From: the human T2T-CHM13v2.0 reference genome, Homo sapiens
Assembly (NCBI RefSeq): GCF_009914755.1
Contig: NC_060935.1
Strand: one strand, 5' to 3'
Length of the DNA: 64,000 nucleotides
Within the stretch, counting starts at the first letter, position 1; each line of letters begins with the position of its first letter. Made by a program: the position numbers and the translations under genes. The notes below the pieces were generated by a model that worked only from the letters and a program-made list of their open reading frames with translations, was not told the DNA's origin and searched no databases. Below, one piece after another: positions 28,801-47,747 of this stretch.

Positions 28801-31800
28801 CAGGGGGTAGGAGACCATCAGGACAAACACGTGGGTACATGGAGGGAACAACACACACCAGGGCCTCTCAGGGGGACAGGGGGTAGGAGACCATCAGGAC
28901 AAACACATGGATACATGGAGGGAACAACACACACCAGGGCCTCTCAGGGGGACGGGGGGTAGGAGACCATCAGGACAAACACGTGGGTACATGGAGGGGA
29001 ACAACACACACCAGGGCCTCTCAGGGGGACAGGGGGTAGGAGACCATCAGGACAAACACGTGGGTACATGGAGGGGAACAACACACACCAGGGCCTCTCA
29101 GGGGGACAGGGGGTAGGAGACCATCAGGACAAACACGTGGGTACATGGAGGGGAACAACACATACCAGGACCTCTCAGGGGGACAGGGGGTAGGAGACCA
29201 TCAGGACACACACGTGGGTACATGGAGGGGAACAACACACACCAGGGCCTCTCAGGGGGACAGGGGGTAGGAGACCATCAGGACACACACGTGGGTACAT
29301 GGAGGGGAACAACACACACCAGGGCCTCTCAGGGGGACAGGGGGTAGGAGACCATCAGGACAAACACGTGGGTACATGGAGGGGAACAACACACACCAGG
29401 GCCTCTCAGGGGGACAGGGGGTAGGAGATCATCAGGACAAACACGTGGATACATGGAGGGGAACAACACACACCAGGGCCTCTCAGGGGGACAGGGGGTA
29501 GGAGATCATCAGGACAAACACGTGGATACATGGAGGGGAACAACACACACCAGGACTTCTCAGGGGGACAGGGGGTAGGAGACCATCAGGACAAACACGT
29601 GGGTACATGGAGGGGAACAACACACACCAGGGCCTCTCAGGGGGACAGGGGGTAGGAGACCATCAGGACAAACACGTGGGTACATGGAGGGGAACAACAC
29701 ACACCAGGGCCTCTCAGCGGGACAGGGGGTAGGAGACCATCAGGACAAACACGTGGATACATGGAGGGGAACAACACACACCAGGGCCTCTCAGGGGGAC
29801 AGGGGGTAGGAGACCATCAGGACAAACACGTGGGTACATGGAGGGGAACAACACACACCAGGGCCTCTCAGGGGGACAGGGGGTAGGAGACCATCAGGAC
29901 AAACACGTGGGTACATGGAGGGGAACAACACACACCAGGGCCTCTCAGGGGGACAGGGGGTAGGAGACCATCAGGACAAACACGTGGGTACATGGAGGGG
30001 AACAACACACACCAGGGCCTCTCAGGGGGACAGGGGGTAGGAGACCATCAGGACAAACACGTGGGTACATGGAGGGGAACAACACACACCAGGGCCTCTC
30101 AGGGGGACAGGGGGTAGGAGACCATCAGGACAAACACGTGGGTACATGGAGGGGAACAACACATACCAGGACCTCTCAGGGGGACAGGGGGTAGGAGACC
30201 ATCAGGACAAACACGTGGATACATGGAGGGAACAACACACACCAGGGCCTCTCAGGGGGACAGGGGGTAGGAGACCATCAGGACAAACACGTGGGTACAT
30301 GGAGGGGAACAACACACACCAGGGCCCCTCAGGGGGACAGGGGGTAGGAGACCATCAGGACAAACACATGGATACATGGAGGGGAACAACACACACCAGG
30401 GCCTCTCAGGGGGACAGGGGGTAGGAGACCATCAGGACAAACACGTGGGTACATGGAGGGGAACAACACACACCAGGGCCTCTCAGGGGGACAGGGGGTA
30501 GGAGACCATCAGGACAAACACGTGGGTACATGGAGGGGAACAACACACACCAGGGCCTCTCAGGGGGACAGGGGGTAGGAGACCATCAGGACAAACACGT
30601 GGGTACATGGAGGGGAACAACACACACCAGGGCCTCTCAGGGGGACAGGGGGTAGGAGACCATCAGGACAAACACGTGGGTACATGGAGGGGAACAACAC
30701 ATACCAGGGCCTCTCAGGGGGACAGGGGGTAGGAGACCATCAGGACAAACACGTGGGTACATGGAGGGGAACAACACACACCAGGGCCTCTCAGCGGGAC
30801 AGGGGGTAGGAGACCATCAGGACAAACACGTGGATACATGGAGGGGAACAACACACACCAGGGCCTCTCAGGGGGACGGGGGGTAGGAGACCATCAGGAC
30901 AAACACGTGGATACATGGAGGGGAACAACACACACCAGGGCCTCTCAGGGGGACGGGGGGTAGGAGACCATCAGGACAAACACGTGGGTACATGGAGGGG
31001 AACAACACACACCAGGGCCTCTCAGGGGGACAGGGGGTAGGAGACCATCAGGACAAACACGTGGGTACATGGAGGGGAACAACACACACCAGGGCCTCTC
31101 AGCAGGACAGGGGGTAGGAGACCATCAGGACAAACACGTGGATACATGGAGGGGAACAACACACACCAGGGCCTCTCAGCGGGACAGGGGGTAGGAGACC
31201 ATCAGGACAAACACGTGGATACATGGAGGGGAACAACACACACCAGGGCCTCTCAGGGGGACAGGGGGTAGGAGACCATCAGGACAAACACGTGGGTACA
31301 TGGAGGGGAACAACACACACCAGGGCCTCTCAGGGGGACAGGGGGTAGGAGACCATCAGGACAAACACGTGGATACATGGAGGGGAACAACACACACCAG
31401 GGCCTCTCAGGGGGACAGGGGGTAGGAGACCATCAGGACAAACACGTGGATACATGGAGGGGAACAACACACACCAGGGCCTCTCAGCGGGACAGGGGGT
31501 AGGAGACCATCAGGACAAACACGTGGGTACATGGAGGGGAACAACACACACCAGGACCTCTCAGGGGGACAGGGGGTAGGAGACCATCAGCACAAACACG
31601 TGGATACATGGAGGGGAACAACACACACCAGGGCCTCTCAGGGGGACAGGGGGTAGGAGACCATCAGGACAAACACGTGGATACATGGAGGGGAACAACA
31701 CACACCAGGGCCTCTCAGGGGGACAGGGGGTAGGAGACCATCAGGACAAACACGTGGGTACATGGAGGGGAACAACACACACCAGGGCCTCTCAGGGGGA

Positions 31801-34800
31801 CAGGGGGTAGGAGACCATCAGGACAAACACGTGGATACATGGAGGGGAACAACACACACCAGGGCCTCTCAGGGGGACAGGGGGTAGGAGACCATCAGGA
31901 CAAACACGTGGATACATGGAGGGGAACAACACACACCAGGGCCTCTCAGGGGGACAGGGGGTAGGAGACCATCAGGACAAACACGTGGGTACATGGAGGG
32001 GAACAACACACACCAGGGCCTCTCAGGGGGACAGGGGGTAGGAGACCATCAGGACAAACACGTGGGTACATGGAGGGAACAACACACACCAGGGCCTCTC
32101 AGGGGGACAGGGGGTAGGAGACCATCAGGACAAACACGTGGATACATGGAGGGGAACAACACACACCAGGGCCTCTCAGGGGGACAGGGGGTAGGAGACC
32201 ATCAGGACAAACACGTGGGTACATGGAGGGAACAACACACACCAGGGCCTCTCAGGGGGACAGGGGGTAGGAGACCATCAGGACAAACACGTGGGTACAT
32301 GGAGGGGAACAACACACACCAGGGCCTCTCAGGGGGACAGGGGGTAGGAGACCATCAGGACAAACACGTGGGTACATGGAGGGGAACAACACACACCAGG
32401 GCCTCTCAGGGGGACAGGGGGTAGGAGACCATCAGGACAAACACGTGGATACATGGAGGGGAACAACACACACCAGGGCCTCTCAGGGGGACAGGGGGTA
32501 GGAGACCATCAGGACAAACACGTGGGTACATGGAGGGGAACAACACACACCAGGGCCTCTCAGGGGGACAGGGGGTAGGAGACCATCAGGACAAACACGT
32601 GGGTACATGGAGGGAACAACACACACCAGGGCCTCTCAGGGGGACAGGGGGTAGGAGACCATCAGGACAAACATGTGGATACATGGAGGGGAACAACACA
32701 CACCAGGGCCTCTCAGGGGGACAGGGGGTAGGAGACCATCAGGACAAACACGTGGGTACATGGAGGGAACAACACACACCAGGGCCTCTCAGGGGGACAG
32801 GGGGTAGGAGACCATCAGGACAAACACGTGGATACATGGAGGGGAACAACACACACCAGGACCTCTCAGCGGGACAGGGGGTAGGAGACCATCAGGACAA
32901 ACACGTGGATACATGGAGGGGAACACCACACACCAGGGCCTCTCAGGGGGACAGGGGGTAGGAGACCATCAGGACAAACACGTGGGTACATGGAGGGGAA
33001 CAACACACACCAGGGCCTCTCAGGGGGACAGGGGGTAGGAGACCATCAGGACAAACACGTGGGTACATGGAGGGAACAACACACACCAGGGCCTCTCAGG
33101 GGGACAGGGGGTAGGAGACCATCAGGACAAACACGTGGGTACATGGAGGGGAACAACACACACCAGGGCCTCTCAGGGGGACAGGGGGTAGGAGACCATC
33201 AGGACAAACACGTGGGTACATGGAGGGGAACAACACACACCAGGGCCTCTCAGGGGGACAGGGGGTAGGAGACCATCAGGACAAACACGTGGGTACATGG
33301 AGGGGAACAACACACACCAGGGCCTCTCAGGGGGACAGGGGGTAGGAGACCATCAGGACAAACACGTGGGTACATGGAGGGAACAACACACACCAGGGCC
33401 TCTCAGGGGGACAGGGGGTAGGAGACCATCAGGACAAACATGTGGATACATGGAGGGGAACAACACACACCAGGGCCTCTCAGGGGGACAGGGGGTAGGA
33501 GACCATCAGGACAAACACGTGGGTACATGGAGGGAACAACACACACCAGGGCCTCTCAGGGGGACAGGGGGTAGGAGACCATCAGGACAAACACGTGGGT
33601 ACATGGAGGGAACAACACACACCAGGGCCTCTCAGGGGGACAGGGGGTAGGAGACCATCAAGACAAACACGTGGGTACATGGAGGGGAACAACACACACC
33701 AGGGCCTCTCAGGGGGACAGGGGGTAGGAGACCATCAGGACAAACACGTGGATACATGGAGGGGAACAACACACACCAGGGCCTCTCAGGGGGACAGGGG
33801 GTAGGAGACCATCAGGACAAACACGTGGGTACATGGAGGGGAACAACACACACCAGGACCTCTCAGCGGGACAGGGGGTAGGAGACCATCAGGACAAACA
33901 CGTGGGTACATGGAGGGGAACAACACACACCAGGGCCTCTCAGGGGGACAGGGGGTAGGAGACCATCAAGACAAACACGTGGATACATGGAGGGGAACAA
34001 CACACACCAGGGCCTCTCAGGGGGACAGGGGGTAGGAGACCATCAAGACAAACACGTGGATACATGGAGGGGAACAACACATACCAGGGCCTCTCAGGGG
34101 GACAGGGGGTAGGAGACCATCAGGACAAACACGTGGGTACATGGAGGGGAACAACACACACCAGGACCTCTCAGCGGGACAGGGGGTAGGAGACCATCAG
34201 GACAAACACGTGGGTACATGGAGGGGAACAACACACACCAGGGCCTCTCAGGGGGACAGGGGGTAGGAGACCATCAAGACAAACACGTGGATACATGGAG
34301 GGGAACAACACACACCAGGGCCTCTCAGGGGGACAGGGGGTAGGAGACCATCAAGACAAACACGTGGATACATGGAGGGGAACAACACACACCAGGGCCT
34401 CTCAGGGGGACAGGGGGTAGGAGACCATCAGGACAAACACGTGGATACATGGAGGGGAACAACACACACCAGGGCCTCTCAGGGGGACAGGGGGTAGGAG
34501 ACCATCAGGACAAACACGTGGGTACATGGAGGGGAACAACACACACCAGGACCTCTCAGGGGGACAGGGGGTAGGAGACCATCAGGACAAACACGTGGGT
34601 ACATGGAGGGGAACAACACACACCAGGGCCTCTCAGGGGGACGGGGGGTAGGAGACCATCAGGACAAACACGTGGATACATGGAGGGGAACAACACACAC
34701 CAGGGCCTCTCAGGGGGACAGGGGGTAGGAGACCATCAGGACAAACACGTGGGTACATGGAGGGAACAACACACACCAGGGCCTCTCAGGGGGACAGGGG

Positions 34801-35358
34801 GTAGGAGACCATCAGGACAAACACGTGGATACATGGAGGGGAACACCACACACCAGGGCCTCTCAGGGGGACAGGGGGTAGGAGACCATCAGGACAAACA
34901 CGTGGATACATGGAGGGGAACAACACACACCAGGGCCTCTCAGGGGGACAGGGGGTAGGAGACCATCAGGACAAACACGTGGGTACATGGAGGGAACAAC
35001 ACACACCAGGGCCTCTCAGGGGGACAGGGGGTAGGAGACCATCAGGACAAACACGTGGGTACATGGAGGGGAACAACACACACCAGGACCTCTCAGGGGG
35101 ACAGGGGGTAGGAGACCATCAGGACAAACACGTGGATACATGGAGGGGAACAACACACACCAGGGCCTCTCAGGGGGACAGGGGGTAGGAGACCATCAGG
35201 ACAAACACGTGGGTACATGGAGGGAACAACACACACCAGGGCCTCTCAGGGGGACAGGGGGTAGGAGACCATCAGGACAAACACGTGGGTACATGGAGGG
35301 GAACAACACACACCAGGGCCTCTCAGGGGGACGGGGGGTAGGAGACCATCAGGACAAA
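25898..35358 (+). repeat. 77-bp minisatellite/VNTR, 123 units, derived from L1PA 3'UTR
   Basis: Unit CAAACACGTGGGTACATGGAGGGGAACAACACACACCAGGGCCTCTCAGGGGGACAGGGGGTAGGAGACCATCAGGA; 25898-35354 = 9457 bp = 123x77 minus fifteen 76-bp units plus one 78-bp unit (hand count). Confidence 0.98.
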
Positions 35359-36145
35359 TAGCTAATGCATGCAGGGCCTCATACCTAGGTGATGGGTTGA
35401 TGGGTGCAGCAAACCACCATGGCACACATTTACCTATGTATCAAACCTATACTTTCTGCACGTGTATCCCAGAACATGAAATAAAATTTAAAAAATATAT
35501 ACACTGATTCATGATCTCCTTTCTCTCCTTCTGAAACACTCTTTAAAACTTTTTAGCATTTCCCCCTGTGTCTTCCATGTCTCCTAACTACATGTTTCTT
35601 ATTTTCCATGTCTTTATTCCTGTGTTCATTTTGGATAGCCCCTTCTGACCTATATTACAGTTTACTAGTTCACTCTTCAACTGCTTCTAACATACTAATA
35701 TTCTGTTAAAACCATTCATTTGGGTTTAAATTTCAATTATGTTATTCTCTATGGACATTCTATTTGTTTTCTTTTAATCTTCTTGGCCATTCTCTAGAGT
35801 TTCCTGTTCCATTATGATATTTTTAATTTTTTGTTTTACTTTAAACATAGTAAATATAGTTATTTTATTTTATTTTCTGTATCTGATACTTTCAATAACT
35901 GCAGTCTTTGCTAGTCTTTTTTCTGTGCTCTTGCTCATAGTTTTTTTCGTTTGTTTTCATGATTAGAAAAACAGAGAGAGAAGAAGGAGAGTAAAGGGAG
36001 GAGGAGGAGGAGGAGAAAAGAAGAAAGCAGAGAAGAAGGGACAGAGAAAAAAAGGAAGTTGGTTCTAACGTTTCTCTAACAACTGGCTTCAGTGAAACAC
36101 TCCCACCTTGTGGATTTTTAGGTTATTGAAATTAACCAGTCTTCT

Positions 36146-36270
36146 GGGTGCAGCACACCAACATGGCACATGTATACATATGTAACAAACCTGCACTTTG
36201 TGCACATGTACCCTAAAACTTAAAGTATAATAAAAAATAAAATAAAAAGCTACACAAATTTAAAAAAAAA
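36146..36270 (+). mobile_element. Short L1PA 3' tip
   Basis: gggtgcagcacaccaacatggcacatgtatac...ccctaaaacttaaagtataat + A-rich tail. Confidence 0.88.
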
Positions 36271-36679
36271 GAAATCAACCTAATTCCTAGATTACCACCT
36301 ATTGATTCAAATGCTTTAAATCTAGGCTTTTCATCTGAGTCTTTCTTTTTAGTTATTCTGTTTATCTTCAAAACACTCCTGCTTTGAATCATTCAAAATC
36401 TACCTCCCTCCCTCTGTTTGACTACCATCAATTTTTTTGCTCATTCCTAATGCATTAATCTATTAGCTGTGAATATCCAAAAACCCTCATTTCACTGAAT
36501 CTTTGACAGACCCCTTTGCATCCTCTTGTTCTTCTAATTATTTCCTCAGAAACTTTATGTTCTCTTTTCTTTACAAGCATGTCATAGTTTATATATAATG
36601 TGTGTATTGTTTTTATATATACCTATATATAGCCTCTTTTTAAAAGCACTATACACCATGCTTTGAAATATATTCTAAA

Positions 36680-37518
36680 ATCAGGTAGCATGAAAATGGA
36701 AACATAACATACTAAAACATATGGGATGCAACAAAAGCAGTTATAAGAGGGACATTTATAGCAATAAATGCCTACATCAAAAAAGAAAAAAAAGATCTCA
36801 AATAAGCAACCTAATATTATGCCTAAAGGAGCGAGAAAATTAGAGAACAATACAAGCCCAAAGATAGCAGAAGGAAACAAATAACAAAGATCAGAGCAGA
36901 AATAATATAATAGAAACTGAAAATTTCAATAAAAATAAGAATTGTTTTTTGAAAAGATAAACAAAATTAACAAATTCTTACATAGACTAAGAAAAAAGAA
37001 AACAAACTCAGAAGTGAAAGAAGAGACATTACAACTGATACCACAGAAGTTAAAAAATCATAACATACTACTATAAACAATTATTCACCAGCAAATTAGA
37101 TAACCTAGAAGAAATTGATAAACTCGTACCAAAACTGAATCATGAAGAATTCAAAATTTAGAAGAAATCATGAATAAGGAAATTAAATCACCAATGAAAG
37201 GTCTCTCATAAAAGAAAGACCCAGGATTGAATGGCTTGGTGGCTGAATTCCAACAAACACTTAGATGACTAACACCAATCCTTCCCAAACTCTTCCAAAA
37301 AAAGTGAAGAAGAGGAATACTTCCAAATTCATTTTTCAAAACCAGCATTACCCTGATACCAAAACCAGAGAAGGACACTATAATAAAAATAAATTGCAGA
37401 CCAATACTCCTGATGAACTTGGATGGAAAAACCTTCAGCCAAATATTAGCAAATATTATTTTTAAAAAAACACAGCAAAAAAATTCACCATGCTTAAGTG
37501 GGATTCATCCCTGGGAAG
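36680..37518 (+). mobile_element. Old L1 ORF2 fragment
   Basis: aaaagcagt...atttatagcaataaatgcctacatc, acattacaactgataccacagaa, cagcattaccctgataccaaaacc, gtgggattcatccctggga. Confidence 0.8.
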
Positions 37519-38153
37519 CTTATTAGTCTTATTTGATTCGTGTAATCAGAAAATTTCTATGTCTAGTGAAGAGAAATGAGAGCAATAGAGACTCATAGCA
37601 CCTCAACAAATGTCCAGGCTTGAGCCAGTTAACAAATACAAGTCCTTCAAATACAAAAAAGACTGTGAAAGAAAATAGAACAGATCAATGAAACTAAGAA
37701 TTTGTTCTTTGAAAAGATAAAACTGACAAACCATTAGCTAGACTAGAAAAATGAGAGAATACTCAAAGCAATAAAATCAGAAATGAAAGAGGAAATATTG
37801 CAACTAATACCACAGAAATACAGAGGATCATAAGAGGCCACTATAAACAATTACAAGCCAACAAATTGGATAACCTAGAAAAAGCAGATAAATTTCTAGA
37901 AAAATGCAACTTACCTAGAGAAAGTCAAGAAGAAAGATAAAATCTGAACAGAACAATACTGAGTATGGAGAGTATATCAATAATAAAACATCTCCCATCA
38001 AAGAACATCCCAGGACCAGAAAACTTCATTGCTGAATTCTAACATTTTAAAAAATAATAATACAATCCTTCTGAAATTCTTCCAAAAACTTGAAGGAGAA
38101 AGAGTGTTTCCAAACTCATTTTAAAAGATCAGCATTATTGTTTTTTTTTTAAA

Positions 38154-39075
38154 GTGATGTTCCCCTTCCTGTGTCCATGTGTTCTCATTGTCCAATTCCC
38201 ACCTATGAGTGAGAACATGCAGTGTTTGGTTTTTTGTCCTTGTGATTGTTTGCTGAGAATGATGGTTTCCAGCTTCATCCATGTCCCTACAAAGGACATG
38301 AACTCATCATTTTTTATGGCTGCATAGTATTCCATGGTGTATATGTGCCACATTTTCTTAATCCAGTCTATCATTGTTGGACATTTGGATTGGTTCCAAG
38401 TCTTTGCTATTGTGAATAGTGCCACAGTAAACATACGTGTGCATGTGTCTTTATAGCAGCATGATTTATAGTCCTTTGGGTATATACCCAGTAATGGGAT
38501 GGCTGGGTCAAATGGTATTTCTAGTTCTAGATCCCTGCGGAATCGCCACACTGTCTTCCACAATGGTTGAACTAGTTTACAGTCCCACCAACAGTGTAAA
38601 AATGTTCCTGTTTCTCCACATCCTCTCCAGCACCTGTTGTTTCCTGACTTTTTAATGATGGCCATTCTAACTGGTGTAAGATGGTATCTCATTGTGGTTT
38701 TGATTTGCATTTCTCTGATGGCCAGTGATAGTGAGCATTTTTTCATGTGTTTTTTGGCTGCATAAATGTCTTCTTTTGAGAAGTGTCTGTTCATATCCTT
38801 TGCCCACTTTTTGATGGGGTTGTTTGTTTTTTTCTTGTAAATTTGTTTGGGTTCATTGTAGATTCCGGATATTAGCACTGGGGCCTGTTGTGGGGTGGGG
38901 GGAGGGGGGAGGGATAGCATTAGGAGATATACCTAATGTTAAATGATGAGTTAATGGGTGCAGCACACCAGCATGGCACATGTATACATATGTAACTAAC
39001 CTGTACGTTGTGCACATGTATCCTAAAACTTAAAGTATAATTTAAAAAATAAATAAATAAAAATAAAAATAAAAA
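38154..39075 (+). mobile_element. L1PA (L1PA3-5-like) with 5' inversion
   Basis: 38154-38876 antisense ORF2 end/3'UTR start; 38876-39075 sense remainder of 3'UTR + A-tail; the pieces meet at consecutive L1 positions (gggaacatcac | actggggcctg). Confidence 0.9.
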
Positions 39076-40156
39076 GGCAAACAAGGACACTATAAGAAAA
39101 GTATGGGCCAACCAATATCCCTGATGAACACAGATACAAAAGCCCTCAAAAAAAAGTACTAGCAAACAGAATTTAACAACATATTAGGAGAACATTTACC
39201 ATGATAAAGTGGATTTATCCTCCAGATGTTTCAGCAAACACAAATCAAATGTGATAAACCACATTAACAGAATGAAGGATAAAAAAATAGCTATCTCTAT
39301 ATATGCAGAAAAAGCATTTGACTAAATTCAAAATCCTCTCATGACTAAACCTCTCAACAAATTGGGCATAGAAGGCATGTACCTTAACACAAAACAGGAC
39401 ATATATAACAAGCTCACAGCTCACATCATACCCAACAATGAAAAAGTGAAATCTTTTCTGCTAAGATCAAAAACAAGACAAGGATATTTATTCTCACTAC
39501 TTCTATTCAACTTATTTCTGGAAGTCCTAGCCAGAGCAATTAAGCCAAATAAAGAAATAAAAGATTCAAATTGAAAAGGAAGAAGTAAAATTGTCTCTGT
39601 TTGATGACATATTATATATAGGAAACCCTAAAAACTCCACCAAAAAGCTATTAGAAATGATAAATGAATTCAATAAAATTTCAGAATTCAAAATCAATGT
39701 ACAAAACTCAGTAGTTTCTTTACACTCACAACAAACTATATGACAAAAATAAAGAAATCAATCTCATTCACAGTAGCATCAAAAAAAACGTATTTTTTTT
39801 GTTTAGGAGCACATTTAGGATTGTACTTAGGAGTACATTTAACCAAGGAGGTGAAAGATCTGTATTCTGAACACTATAAAACATTGATGAAAAATTGTAG
39901 ATGACACAAATACATGGAAAGATATTTTATGTTCATGGGTAGGAAGAATTAATATTCTTAAAATGTCCTTACTGCCCAAAGCGATTTATAGGTTTAATGC
40001 AATATTTATCAAAATTTCAATGTCATTCTTCACAGAAATAGAAAAAACAATTTGAAAATTTATATGGAACCACAAAGGATCCTGAATAACTAAAGGACTC
40101 TTGAGCAATAAGAACAAAGCTGAAGGCCTCACAATCTGACTTCAAAACATATTACA

Positions 40157-40650
<494 letters not shown>

Positions 40651-41319
40651 TTTCCCTCCCTGTCTGTCCATTGTGGATGAGCTCTGAGCCCTGTTTTCCT
40701 GTGAAGATTCTTTGAATTGCAGCCATTCTATTCACATGAACTCTCACATCTGGAGCACAGATGGCCCTCTCAAGGTAATTTATTGTATGCATTGACTGTT
40801 TACCAAACAAATGTCTTACTATGTACTCAGGTATATTCAGCAGCATTGTCGACTGCAGTCCCCTATGCTTGCCAGAAGATACTGTATTCAAAGTAGAAGT
40901 TTCACAGTGATGAGTAATCACTGCAATTTTCCCATTGCTCCATGGACTCTCGGAGGCTGGTGTTCTGTTCCCTGTAAATAGAGATGTACTCTGAACCTTT
41001 CTGCCTCCCTCAGCTGTTCCTAGTCCTTGGTATCAGCCCCTGGAGATGTCCACAACCACTTAGGACAAAAGGCAAAAGTGGAATTTCAGACAAAACTTTG
41101 ATAGGATCTTCAGTGATAATCTTGGACTAACTGTGGCCCAGGTATCAGCACTCCCAAGAATTGCCAGGAGGAAGCTTTGGCAGACACCACAGGTATGGCA
41201 AGACCTATCTCCCTCTGCTGAATCCAACAGGGGCAAGCAAGCTGGCATGTGGCTTGAGGTGACCCGAATATGTCAGCACCCCTCAGATGTCTTTCTTTGC
41301 ACTTTTGAAAAAAATCTCA

Positions 41320-47747
<6,428 letters not shown>

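Noticed and set aside
25898-35358. CRISPR-like array or repeat-encoded protein (MEGNNTHQGLSGGQG... ORFs)
   Set aside because: No unique spacers; 77 is not a multiple of 3, so frames rotate and hit TAG; ORF lengths simply track the 76-bp units
36240-36290. Short L1 3' transduction (gctacacaaattt between two A-runs)
   Set aside because: Candidate TSD (gaaattaacc/gaaatcaacc) is too degenerate and 13 bp is too short to distinguish from tail decay
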